DNA of 64,000 nt from Octopus vulgaris (lineage: Eukaryota): NCBI GenBank assembly GCA_951406725.2, contig OX597815.1, forward strand, positions 192,200,001 through 192,264,000, written 5' to 3'. The position numbers and the translations under genes were made by a program. This document shows positions 25,222 through 38,264 of the stretch, in pieces. The notes below the pieces were generated by a model. It made no database searches and was not told the DNA's origin. It was given only the letters and a program-made list of their open reading frames with translations. Numbering within the stretch: the stretch's first letter is position 1; every line of letters begins with the position of its first letter.

Positions 25222-26316
25222 ATGCTTCAAGCATATAGTTTCCATCCGGATATTGTACGATGGGTTGGTGCCTTCCTCTCAGATCGCTCCTTCCAAGTTC
25301 AAGTTAATGGTTCGCGGTCCGACGTCTCCAGTGCGAGCAGTGGCGTGCCTCAAGGTTCAGTGCTTGGGCCCTTGTTGTTCTTAGTCTTCATAAATGACTT
25401 GCCCGACGACCTCACGCAACATACCCTTCTATTTGCCGACGATATCAAACTGGTCGCTCCTCGCGGTAGTATAGAGGATCTTCGTCGATGCCTCCACCAA
25501 ATTTGGAAGTGGTCTAACAATTGGGACCTGTGTCTGAACGTGTCAAAGTGCTGTCATCTGCCTGTCGGCTCTACTCCTGCAACTCAACTTGATTTCGAGC
25601 CGGGTCGTCTGCTGCTGGAGAGGACCGATCAGGTAAAGGACCTGGGTATCTTGGTGGATTCCTCCTTTTCGCCTTCGGCCCAGTGCGTCCATGCTGCCAA
25701 CAAAGCGCGCGGAATTCTGTTTTTGATTCGACGGTCATTCGGAATGCTCACAGCAGCCATATTCCTACCATTCTATGTCACGCTGGTGAGACCCATATTG
25801 GAGTATGGGATTCAAGCCTCTTCTCCTTATCTCCTCAAAGACATACAGCATCTCGAAAGAGTCCAGAGGCTGGCTACCCGCATGGTTCATGGTCTCAAAA
25901 ATTTGTCCTATGAAGAAAGGCTGAGGACGCTCGACCTTTATTCTCTTGAAAAACGCCGCCGCCGTGGTGATCTCATTCTCGCCCACAACATCATAAGCGG
26001 GAAGTGTAACCTCTCGAAAGAGCTGTTCTTCACTCCTGCTCCGGAGCGTCGGCTGCGGGGTCATTCCGAAAAGCTCTACCTGCGACGATTTCATCTCAAT
26101 CGAAGGAGAGGAGCTTTCTCCGTCCGGGTTGCGGATCCGTGGAACAAGCTGCCAGACGAGATGGTGAAGATGCCGACGACCGCTTTGTTCAAAGCCTCCC
26201 TGGACCTCAAGTGGCCTGAACTCTTTACATGAACACCACCCTGTACTTAACTCCATGTCCCCCTACATGGCCTTGCTATTTGCTTTTGAGCCAAATTAAC
26301 TAACTAACTAACTAAC
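25222..26316 (+). mobile_element. 5'-truncated CR1-clade LINE with intact RT C-terminal ORF and (TAAC)n tail
   Basis: ORF 25111..26232 contains GVPQGSVLGPLLFLVFINDLP, LFADDIKL, KDLGI, RPILEY, RGH..KL and RV...WNKLP. Short 3'UTR ends in taactaactaactaac. GC-rich relative to flanks. Confidence 0.93.
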
Positions 26317-26498
26317 ATATATATCTATATTATATAGAGGGCATTACTACACATAAATGCCACATGCTAAGAGGGACTCTTAAAGTAAAAACTACTAAAA
26401 TAAATATACACATCGTACTGAATGTAACTCTCGAAGAGTCCCCCTAGCATGTGGCATTTATGTGTAGTAATGGCCTCTATATAATATAGATATATATA
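26317..26498. repeat. Inverted repeat, about 65-bp arms and 52-bp spacer
   Basis: atatatatctatattatatagagggcattactacacataaatgccacatgctaagagggactctt versus aagagtccccctagcatgtggcatttatgtgtagtaatggcctctatataatatagatatatat. Confidence 0.85.
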
Positions 26499-26595
26499 TT
26501 TAAGTGAAAAAAATTGGTGGATCTTTTTCTCTTATGAGGTTTTTCACGCTGACTACTTGATAAATTCATATAAAGATTTTATCCTATTTTTAAGT

Positions 26596-26631
<36 letters not shown>

Positions 26632-26632
<1 letters not shown>

Positions 26633-27022
26633 TCTTTTACTCGTTCCAGTCATTTGACTGCGGCCATGCTGGAGCACCACCTTTAATCGAGCAACTTGAC
26701 CCCAGGACTTATTCTTTTGTAAGCCCAGTACTTATTCTATCGGTCTCTTTTGCCGAACCGCTAAGTTACGGGGACGCACCAGCATCAGTTGTCAAGCAAT
26801 GCTAGGGGGACACAGACACACAAACACACACACGCATATATATATATATATATAAATATATACGACGGGCTTCTTTCAGTTTCCGTCTACCAAATCCACT
26901 CACAAGGCTTTGGTCGGCCCGAGGTTATAGTAGAAGACACTTGCCCAAAGTGCCACGCAGTGGGACTGAACCCGGAACCATGTGGCTGTAAACAAGCTAC
27001 TTACCACACAGCCACTCCTGCG

Positions 27023-27024
<2 letters not shown>
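26632..27024 (-). mobile_element. SINE family A copy
   Basis: Full head and tail match the family consensus seen across the window. Confidence 0.85.
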
Positions 27025-27069
<45 letters not shown>

Positions 27070-28879
27070 ATGTGTATGTTTTTATATGTGCTGATGGACA
27101 AGGACAACTGTATAAAGAAGTGCTCGTTATTTTGTAACTTAAGATTAATCATAAGCTTTCAATGAGTTATTACTTTGCTGTTTTGTATCTTAAGAATAAT
27201 GTAAAGCATTATTATTATTATTAGTTATAACATTGTACATTTAGATCTATTTTAAGCTTTGATATAAGTTATTAATTGGAGCTTAAGAGTAAGCTACAAA
27301 TATTAGTTCTTACTTTACCTGTTATGATCAGTCTTAAGGTTTGATATAAGTTATTACTTAGTAGTTTAAGATTAATCTTAAGCACAGATATTAGTTATTG
27401 CCTTGTATCTTATGATTAACTGTGTATCCTTTGAGTAATATCTATTTCTTTATTGCCCAAAGGGGGCTTAACATAGAGGGGAAAAACAAGGACAGGATTA
27501 AATCAATTACATCGACCCCAGTGCGTAACTGGTATTTATTTAATCGACCCCAAAAGGATGAAAGGCAAAGTCGACCTTGGTGGAATTTGAACTCAGAATG
27601 TAATGGTAGACGAAATACTGCTAAGCATTTCGCCCGGTGTGCTAACAATTCTGCCAGTTTGCTGCCCTTAAAATATTAATGAAGGAAATATTGGTTTCCA
27701 ATTTTGGCACAAGGCCAGCAAGGGGGAACAGCATAAGTTGATTACATCAAAGCTGGTGCTTAAACTTGTTCATAATTTATTGACCCCCTGAAAGGGATGA
27801 AAGGCGAAGTCAACTTCAGCAGAATTTGAACTCAGATTGAAAAATCGGAAGAAATTCTACTGAGCTTTTTATCTGGCACCATAATGCTTCTGCTAGCTTG
27901 CCACCTTTATTAGCTTCTATAATAAGATTATCAAGCTTTGACAACGGTCATTAATTTTTGTCTTAAGTTTTAACAAAATGCCATAAGTACTTTGTCTTGA
28001 CATTCTAACTATTCTGTTTGGCCGCTATCTTCATGGTACATCTTATTTCATATATCAAAGTTTTCTCTCGAACATTTACAGTTTGGTCATTCTGTATCTC
28101 TAACAGAATGGAATATCTTTAATCACGATATAAATGTATGTATGTATTAATGTCCTTCGAAACAAATCTAGATAGCATAAATATGCTATCCAGATTTGCT
28201 TTGAAGTAGTTTCGGCAGTTAGAAACTTAAAGAAATCCAAAGAAAGGGATACAGAGCACAAGATCAGCATTTGGCAGATTAAAATTTTAGATTCCAAATT
28301 TAATCTGATGTAACAGGAGCTAAATAAGTCTTTTACTTACACAAACAATTTACAGATTTTTTCAAGTACCGACTGTGAAGAACTGATAACAGATAATTGA
28401 TTGAAACTTGGAAGTACATCACACGACAAAATTATGTATATATATTCTGTGTTTAAGAGCAAATTCAGGATTGTTACTTCAAACTAGAGCTTGGAGAATA
28501 TGTCGACAAGAATCCAATTTGTTTATGCTTTGTCCCTTCTTAATCCCTACACTATTTGTTGTCTTCTATAATTTTTCTAGCTTACTTATTGCCAAATCCT
28601 GATCCCCTTACAATACTTAAAAAAAATATTTCATGCTAATAACTAAACGAGGGACCTAATAAAATAATTAATGCTTTATCATTCAGGTTTCTCTGTCAAA
28701 TATAATGTTTATTTATTAACATTGTTTTAAATTAATCTGGCATAGGATTAAGCTACTTATATTTTTTTTTTTTGGGGGGGGGTGCATTTGTGACTTCAAG
28801 AGTCAAAAGGGGTCCTTTGGCCAAAATGGGTTGAGAACCTTTGATCTAAATTAAACCATCACCAGTTTCACCATTTAAC

Positions 28880-29474
28880 ATCTGTTTGTTGTTAAACACA
28901 ACGTTTCGGCTGATATACCCTCCAGCCTTCATCAAGTGTCTTGGGGGAAATTTCGAAAACTGGGTTCTCATTCCTAAGGGGTTTTTCGGTGTTATTATTA
29001 TTATTCAGGTCACTGCCTGGAATTGAACTCAGAATCTTGGGGTTAGTAGTCCGCACCCTTAATCACTATGCCTTACACTCGTGGGTAATTATGGAGTGAA
29101 TTTTAGGGCTTATAAACTTAATATTTCTGTATCCTTCCTCAATACTGGTTCCCATATGCTACTCGTATCTGCACTCGGTCTACTTAAGAGGTTGTTGTGT
29201 CCTAGCATATGTGCTGCTTCTTTTAGTTTTCATATTTTCCAGTGGTGTTCTCTGTCTATTATTTTAACTTCATCCCACATAGGGAGATGGTCTCCATTTT
29301 TCCATAAATGATCAACTCTACCCGATTTATCAATATCTCCCCCCGTGTCACAGCTTTGCGATGTTCCTCTACCCTTATTTTGAGCGGGATGGCATGTTTC
29401 GCCCACCACAGCTGCATGGGATGGAGTACACGCAATTTTTGGTCATATTCTCTTCTATTGGTGGTTTTACTCAA
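28880..29474 (-). mobile_element. Penelope-like element 3' remnant: GIY-YIG endonuclease fossil, tRNA-like cassette and hammerhead
   Basis: Frameshifted NCVYSIPCSCG..GETCHP/LKIRVEEHRKAVTRGE/DHLWKNGDHLPMWDEVKIIDREHHWKI*KLKEAAHM...IWEPVL, the Penelope GIY-YIG pattern. Confidence 0.82.
28895..28940 (-). ncRNA. Minimal hammerhead motif of the Penelope terminal repeat
   Basis: gacac-TTGATGA-a-ggctg-gagggtatat-cagcc-GAAA-cgtt-gtgtt; palindromic AACGTT helix III; first core C is T in this copy. Confidence 0.6.
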
Positions 29475-29805
29475 AGGAGAGAGAGAGAAAGAAAGAAAGA
29501 AATGGCAACAGACATGTTCCTAAATTTCCTGATTCTCCCACCATCATCTCTTTCTTATCTTTGCCTCTTTCATTCTATATACTTTCATTCCTTCATTTTC
29601 TCTTGTCTTTTTGTATCAGGGAGTGTGTGTGTGTACATATGTATATATATTGCATATATATATATATATATAAATATAGCAAAAATTTAGATTCAAATGA
29701 ATATGGTACTTAATTTAGATGCACCAGAATTTTGTATGGTGTTATCCATAAAAATTTGCAGGGTGATTATAATCAAAAATAAGCAACAAGAATGACTCCG
29801 GTAAT

Positions 29806-29891
29806 TTGGTACAATTGTTTCGCACTACATCATTTTATTAAAAGTTGTAAGTATTACAACAGATTTAAGAAGCTGAGTGCTCATCAGCCAA
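29806..29891 (-). ncRNA. Type I hammerhead ribozyme motif with canonical core and long helix II insert
   Basis: ttgg-CTGATGA-gcact-(about 50 nt, containing a ttgtaa..ttacaa hairpin)-agtgc-GAAA-caattg-TA-ccaa. All three helices pair, with G-C at the base of helix II. Confidence 0.75.
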
Positions 29892-30489
29892 TTATAGAGG
29901 TTTTCCATTAATATAAGTATACGTATATATACACACACACATACGCACACATGTGTGAGTGGACAGATGAAAGAGAAAGGCACTCAACCCATTTTGTAGG
30001 AGTTACATGTATTTAAAGCAGTTTGGTTCAGCTGTCAAACTGTCTTTAATAATAATAATAATAATAATAACAACATATCTGTGTATATATATATGTATGT
30101 ATATATATATAATGATTGTCTCTTCCTTGTCTTTCAATGTCCTCTTATCTTCTTTTCTTTACATTTTCTTTTTCTTTCCACATCTTCCACATTTGATCAA
30201 CCATTCTGCACACACACACACACACACACATACATGCATGCACATGCACACACACATTTGCCCTCATACCACTTCCTCTACCCCCTAATTGCACCTCTCC
30301 TCCCACTCATAATATCTGCCGTTTCCCCACCTCCCCAACACACCCACCGGATCAACAAACTAAATTTCATTCTTCCTAATCTGAAAGTTATAAAAAATGG
30401 ATAAACAGCAACAGACTTGCCATTTTCTTCACTTAAATCCTACACTGTCTCTTCTTACCTGCCTTACTCCCCCCCACTGTCCCCTATTT

Positions 30490-31152
30490 CACTATCCACC
30501 ACATACAACCACAACCACTACCACCACTATTAGCACCACCACCACCAACACTACCATCACCGCTACCATCACCACCACCACCACTACCACCACCACTACC
30601 ATCACCACCACCACCACCACCACCACCACTACCACCACTACTACCACCACCACTATTAGCACCACTACCATCACCACCACTACCATTAGCACAATTACCA
30701 CCATCACCGTCACCACCACCACTGTCCCCATCATCATCACCACCACTAACATCACCTACATTCCACCACCATCACAACGACCAACATCACCGCCACCTCC
30801 CTCGTCATCACAACCATCAGCACCATTAGCACAATCACCAGCACCACCAACAACACCTACATTCCACCACCACTACTACAACCACCACCACCCCCACAGC
30901 CATCAACACCACCACCACCACTATTAGCACCACTACCATCACCACCACCACCATTAGCACAATTACCCCCCCACCACCACCATCACAACAACTAACATCA
31001 CCGCCGCAACCCTCGTCATCACAACCATCAGCACCATTAGCACAATCACCAGCACCACTAACAACACCTACATTCCACCACTACTACAACTACCACCCCC
31101 ACAGCCATCAACACCACCACCACCACTGCCACCACCACCGCCACCGCCACCA
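30490..31152. repeat. (ACC)n-rich array with internal duplication
   Basis: The block catcacaac...ccctcgtcatcacaaccatcagcaccattagcacaatcaccagcacc occurs at about 30770 and 30980. Confidence 0.85.
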
Positions 31153-32339
31153 CTGTTATGCTAGAAGCAGCAATCTTAATGCTAGCAATCCCTTAATATT
31201 CTTATCTTTGGCACAGAAGCATTTTTAAAGTGCTTCAACAGCTACAACAACAACAACAACAACAACAGTAGAAGCTGCTGCTGCTCCTACTACTACTACT
31301 ACTACTAATGTTGTACCATGGTAACCATGGGATGCAAGTGTGGATGTGTGGTTAAGAAATTCGTTTCACTGTCACAGTGTTCTGGGGTTCAATTCCACTA
31401 CACCTCACCTTAGGTGAATGTCTTGCACGTGAGCACACAGCAGAGCCATGCCTGACTCATGCAAGCTTCTATTAACAAGAGAAGTGTAAAGAATCAGACA
31501 GGTACCTATATGTTCTTTTCTACTCTAGGCACAAGGCCCAAAATTTTTGAGGAGAGGGCCAGTTGATTAGATCGACCCCAGTACACAACTGGTACTTAGT
31601 TTATCAACCCCAAAAGGATGAAAGGCAAAGTTGACCTCAGCGAAATTTGAACTCAGAACGTAGCGGCAGACGAAATACCTATTTCTTTACTACTCACAAG
31701 GGGCTAAACACAAAGAGGACAAACAAGGACAGACAAACGGATTGAGTCGATTATATCGATCCCAGTGCGTAACTAGTACTTAATTTATCGACCCTGAAAG
31801 GACGAAAGGCAAAGTCAACCTTAGTGGAATTTGAACTCAGAACGTAACAGCAGACGAAATACCGCTAAGTATTTCGGCCAGCGTGCTAACGTTTCTGCCA
31901 GCTTGCTGCCTTTCCCTCCTATTTCTGGCAGATGACACCTTTGCATCACTCAAGTAACAACCCTCCAACTCTTGGGTCTGTTTGGGTGGTCATTGTTGGT
32001 GAGCGATTTACAAGGCTGGAGTGCAATACCCACCACAACCTCTTTTAGTTGTATTTTATGGCATGCAAGACATGCCAATCCCCATAATGCCATTCTCAAA
32101 ATAATCAATCACATGAGTAAAATCTTGAAGTTACAAGATAATGCAAGATTAATTCAAAGCAATGTGAATAAATAAGAATTACCTTTGACAGAGTAATCTG
32201 AATGTTAAAGGTTTAAATTAAAATCTTTCGTTAAAATCTCACATTAATTTATGTTTCAAGCACTTGCTTATTAATGACCAAATAATTTCAATAAATCCTT
32301 CGTTATTTTCAAAATTAGTTGGAACAATGGCAGATATTT

Positions 32340-32697
32340 CAACAAAAATATCGGTGTCTTTCATAAAGTTTACTCTGTTGCAGACATTCAAGTCAGGTCT
32401 CTTGTTTTCAGGACCCTTTCTTCCTTTATTTCTGCTAGTCTTGGAGGCCCTGTTAAAGAATCACGAGTACAACAATCCTTCCTGATTAAAACGTAGAAAA
32501 TAATTTTAAGGTATTCTGAAAAAAGTAGTCAAAAATTTCGACAAAAATATTGGTGCCTTTCACAAAGTTTACTCTGTTGCAGACAGTTAAGTCAGGTCTC
32601 TTGTTTTCAGGACCCTTTCTTCCTTTACTTAATCCTTCCTGATTAAAACATAGAAAATAATTTTAAGGTATTCTGAAAAAAAGTAGTCGAAAATTTC
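32340..32697. repeat. Local tandem duplication (about 199 + 159 bp)
   Basis: aaagtttactctgttgcagaca..aagtcaggtctcttgttttcaggaccctttcttccttta occurs twice; the second unit lacks about 40 bp. Confidence 0.85.
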
Positions 32698-33354
32698 CTT
32701 CAAAAATCATAATCTATCTTTCTCAAAAATCAAACCAACATTGAGTAATGTAAATCTAGATGCATGGTGTTTGGAAAATGGTAAAAAGCAAAAATAGAAA
32801 AAACAAGAATAAAAAATAAAATGGGAGCATCACAGCTGGAATGTATTTGATCATAGATTTACTGAATTAGGGCTGACATGTGACTCAATAAAAAATAATA
32901 GTAATAACGACCAGTAACCAATGCAAGGAAGCGATTTTTGCAGAATAACTATAGGATTGCTGATTGCCTACATAAAACCACAGACGTAAAAATAGATTAC
33001 AACATATAATTTGGTAAAGGAATCAAAAACAAACAACCCCAAAAAGAGAAAAAAACAACATGGAGATTTTAATGTAAATTGTAATGATTTTTTTTTTTTT
33101 TCCCTCAGACAAAATACATATATATATATTGTATTGTTCAAAGCCATTTTCCATTGGGATGGCATCTGGAGCCAAATATTTGAATTTTCTAACAGAATAA
33201 TATATGTAGATGAATGGTAGTTTTGAGAATGTTTAAGACGTTGGAATCTGACTTATCAAAACTTATTAGACTTTCAGCTCATTACATCAGCTTATATGTC
33301 ACTTGAAGTTTTACTCACAAACTTCCATTTTCAATTTTCTCTTTTTCTTTCTAA

Positions 33355-33355
33355 A

Positions 33356-33386
<31 letters not shown>

Positions 33387-33506
33387 CATATAAATGTATG
33401 TATATAAAATAATATATATATAAATATATGTACTTTACACACGTGTGCGCAAACACACACATACATATTATACATATACGTGAAGAGAGAGAGTAATTCT
33501 CTCTCT

Positions 33507-33553
<47 letters not shown>

Positions 33554-33706
33554 TTTGCAATATATTTTCTACAGAAGTCAGAACCAGCAATGCAAGTCAC
33601 AACATTTCCTAAACGAATACATCTTTCTCTCTCTCTTTCACTCTCTCTCTCTCTCACTGGTCAAAGCATCCAATCCATGCCATCATGGACAAGGGACATT
33701 ATATAA

Positions 33707-33742
<36 letters not shown>

Positions 33743-33769
33743 ATATGTGTACATATGTGTGTATATATC

Positions 33770-33834
<65 letters not shown>

Positions 33835-33923
33835 GTATATTTATATATATACATACATATGTATGTGTGTGTGTATATATATATATAAAAATGTGTTTAT
33901 ATATAAATGTATCTTTGCATGTA

Positions 33924-33965
<42 letters not shown>

Positions 33966-33999
33966 AATGTGTTTATATTTAAATGTATCTTTGCATGTA

Positions 34000-34059
<60 letters not shown>

Positions 34060-34469
34060 TACAGACAGTCAAACACTCATTCACTTGTCTCCTTCTCTCT
34101 CTCTTTACAGACAAGAAATGACACTTACATACATGCATTCACACACACACACACACATGCTTATATATATGTGTGCATACATATACAGACATGCATTCAC
34201 ACACACACACACATGCTTATATATACATTATACATTCACACACACACAACACACACATATATATATGGGCATAATTCAGGTGAGACTCAATTGATATTAC
34301 ATACACACACTCACACACATGCTTATACATATGTGTGCATACACTTACATACATGCATTCACACACACACACACATGCTTATATATATGTGTGCATACAT
34401 ATACAGACATGCATTCACACACACACACACACATATATATATGTGTGCATACATATACAGACATGCATT

Positions 34470-34505
<36 letters not shown>

Positions 34506-34800
34506 CACACACACATGCACTCCTACACATATTTTTTCCCTTTATGCATTCAAACATGCCCACATACACAGATGAACAGGTATGTGCATACGCATACCTA
34601 CTAACATACACTTACAGACACACACACATACATACACTATTACATATGTATATATATACATACATACATATATACATATACATACATCAGCATATAAACG
34701 TGTATAAAAACGTATGAATGTATACATGTATGATTCATACAGGTAGCATACACATGCATGTGCACACATGCACACAGACACAGATGATGCATACATGCAT
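33355..34800. repeat. (TA)/(CA)/(TG) microsatellite field
   Basis: Seen directly. Confidence 0.85.
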
Positions 34801-35284
34801 ATCTGCATACAGACGAAAGCATTCTCTGGAGGACTCCGAAAACTAAAGGTGTGTTCACTCAACCGTGAAAGAATTATATGTAAATGTAAATATTACAGTA
34901 AAAAGTCCATAGGTCAGATGAAAAATATTATTATTGGAACTGTAATTCGTTAAGTCAAGCGGATTATACAATTACTGTACGAGCATTAAAGAAGAAGAAG
35001 AAGAGAGGGAGAGAGAGTAGTGGGGGGGGGTTACATCGACATAAATGTATGCAATTCAGAATAAATTCTTCTATATGAAACAGCATCAACATATTAAACA
35101 GGTGGCGGCGTTGTAGAAATCGGTCTATGGTTCTGTAGTGTAGGAATTTGTTTTTTTTAGATTAGGCTTTTTTTTAGATATATATTTATGTTGTTGTTGT
35201 TGTTGTTTTATCTGCTGGTGTTGTGGTGGTGGTTGTTATTGTTGTTGTTGTTGCTTGGCATTAACTCCACTTTTGAGTTCTTTG

Positions 35285-35437
35285 GATGTGTGGTAAGAAG
35301 CATCCTTCCTAACTAACTTACATAGTTCTGGGTTCAGTCCCACCTTGGGCAAGTGCCTTCTACTATAGCCTCAGGCCGACCAAAGCCTTGTGAGTGGATT
35401 TGGTAGACAGAAACTGAAGGAAGCCCATAGTGTATAT

Positions 35438-35483
<46 letters not shown>

Positions 35484-36224
35484 TAGTGTGTGTGTGTGTG
35501 TGTGTGTGTGTCTGCGTGTGTGTCTGCTACCACCACTGACAGCCAGTGTTGGTTTGTTTGTGTCCCCAGAATGTAGCAGTTTAGTAAAAGAGACTGATAG
35601 AGGGAGTACCAGGCTTTAATAAAATAAATATTGGGGTTGATTGCTTCAACTTCCAGGCAGTGCCCCAGCATGGCCACAGTCTAATGAATGAAGAAAGTGA
35701 AAATTAAAAGACAAAAGACACACGAGACCTTCTTTTCATTAGCTCTATTCTTTTGCTTGTTTCAGTCATTTGGCTGCGGCCATGCTGGAGCACCGCCTTT
35801 AGTCAAACAAATTGACCCCAGTACTTATTCTTCGTAAGCCTAGTACTACTTATTCTATCGGTCTCTTTTGCTGAACCGCTAAGTTACAGTCATTTTGACT
35901 GCGGCCATGCTGGAGCACCGCATTTAGTCGAGCTAATCGACCCCAGGACTTATTCTTTGCAAGCCTAGTACTACTTATTCTATCGGTCTCTTTTGCCGAA
36001 CCGCTAAGTTACGGGGGCGTAAACACACCAGCATCGGTTCTCAAGTGATGTTGGAGAGACAGACAGACAGATGCTGGTGTGTTTACACCCCTGTAATTTA
36101 GCGGTACGGCAAAAGAGACCAATAGAATAAGTACTTACAAAGAATAAGTCCTGGGGTCGACTTGCTCGACTAAAGGCGGTGCTCCAGCATGGCCGCAGTC
36201 AAATGACTGAAACAAGTAAAAGAG
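35285..36224. mobile_element. Cluster of SINE A copies in alternating orientation, including a fold-back pair
   Basis: About 35285-35700 (+), 35750-36060 (-, duplicated tail), 36070-36224 (+). Confidence 0.8.
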
Positions 36225-36951
36225 TATATATATAAAATACTCCAATTAGCTGTCATTATTGACGGAACGTGGTCAGCTAGTACTAAATAATACCGTAAGA
36301 CGTTTAGCTCGGTATTATAATATTTCTGTCAACCCTTTGCTCTCAATGATTTTAAAACATTAAAGAACTGATTACCAAAATCACACAATACAATCATCAC
36401 ATTTACATACGATATACAATGGAGATGTATAACTTAGTCTCAAGTTGGTGTCAGGAATTTTGCGGATGGGGAAAACCGAATTGATTAAGATTGACTCTCC
36501 AGTTTCTATCTGGCACCTATTTTATGAAACCCAGAAAAACGAAAGGCTAAGTCAGTTTTGACAGAGTTCAAACTCATCTTGGAAAGAGAAAAAAAGATAT
36601 GATTACACGTAGCAAAAGTAGTTCGTCCATCGCTCTATATTATCCCTACCACTACCTTTGAATATAATATATTATTAGTATTGCAGTCACTGACATCCTA
36701 TAATTATGGAAAGCTACACGTAATATCTTAAGATAATTCAGATTCAAGCCATTATTCTGTTTCATCTGGGAGGCCAGCAGCTTAACCTCTAATTCTTTCA
36801 AGACCAATAAGAATGTATTCGATCGATCAACCATATAACTCATCTAAGTAAATAAATAAATAAAAGAAAGACAGAAAGAAAGAAAGAAAAAAAAAAAGCA
36901 AAGGACATCTTTTGCCTTTTGAAAGAATTATTCTTGTCCTTTCTTCATCTC

Positions 36952-37855
36952 TTACTTGTTTGCAGTCATCAGTGTGTGGCCATGCTGGGGCATCACCTTG
37001 AAGGATTTTTTGATTGAACGAATCGACCCCAGGACTTAGTATTTTTTAAAGCCTGGTAGTTATTCTATCAGTCTTGTTTGCTGAACTGCTAAGTTATGGG
37101 GGATGTAAGCACACCAACACCAGTTGTCAAGTGGAGGGTGGGAGACAAACTCAGACATGTACAATGGGATTTTTCGGTTTCCATCAACCAAATCCACTCA
37201 CAAGGCTTTGGTCATCCTAGGGCTATAGTAGAAGACACTTGCTCAATGTGCCACACAGTGGGACTGAACCCAGAACCACATGGTTTGGAAGCAAGCTTCT
37301 TACCACACAGCCAAGCCTGCAAGTCCTACTTTACAAATATGGATACTAATCATAATAAAGTTAATATTACCTTTGATATTTCAGAGATTAATTAATCATG
37401 TATTAGTAATATATCATAATTGATTCAATTAATTATGACCCGGACAATAAAAAAAAATCTATCTTTAACTTCTGTTGTGTCTGGGGAGAGTCCTCTCTTA
37501 GCGCCATATAATTTAACACATTCACCAGTAAAATTTCCACCCATTTACTTACTCTTTTATTCAACTCTCTTTTAGTTGTTTCAGTCATGTGACTATGGCC
37601 ATGCTGGAGCACCACCTTTTTGTTGAGCAAATCGACACCAGGACTTATTCTTTGCAAACCTAGTCCTTATTCTATCGGTCTCTTTTGCCGAACCACTAAG
37701 TTACGGGGACGTAAACACACCAGCGTCGGTTGTCAAGCGATGTTGGGGGGACAAACACAGACACACAAACATATACACACCCACATATGCACACATATAT
37801 ATATATACACATATATACGATGGGCTTCTTTCAGTTTCCGTCTACCAAATCCCTC
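36952..37855 (-). mobile_element. Two SINE A copies
   Basis: About 36952-37320 and 37572-37855. Confidence 0.75.
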
Positions 37856-38264
37856 ACAGTCGCTGGAAATGGAGATCTCCAGGTCCAAATTCTTGAACGG
37901 CTCCAGTACACTCTTGGAGTGGTTGGCATCAGGAATGACATCCAGCCATAGAAACCAAATCAAAACAGACTGGAACCTGGTGCAGCTTTCTGGCTTACTA
38001 TCTCAAGTCAGACTGTCTAACCCATGCCAGCATGGAAAAACAGATGAAGATGGTGACGATACTGATGATATCATTGGAATCTGGAAGCTATGATTAATTC
38101 AAAGAATGTGAACAGACAAGATTTACATTTCACAAAGTATTTTGAATGGCAAAGGGTTAAAAGTAAAGAATTCTCCTCAAACTTTTATAAATTAAAGTTA
38201 CTGTGTTTTTGCTTTCCTTTGTTTTTTGTTTTTTTCTCTGATATCAATTTGGTTCAATTTTCAG

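Noticed and set aside
28341-28382. Possible minus-strand micro-exon with gtaagt donor (nested gene)
   Set aside because: No partner exons or recognisable protein; expected by chance in AT-rich DNA.
38226-38264. ORF-track N-terminus of the 680-aa ORF
   Set aside because: Starts at TTG within the intronic polypyrimidine tract; the exon begins at 38265. Likewise 25111-25221 appears to be flank read in frame with the truncated LINE.
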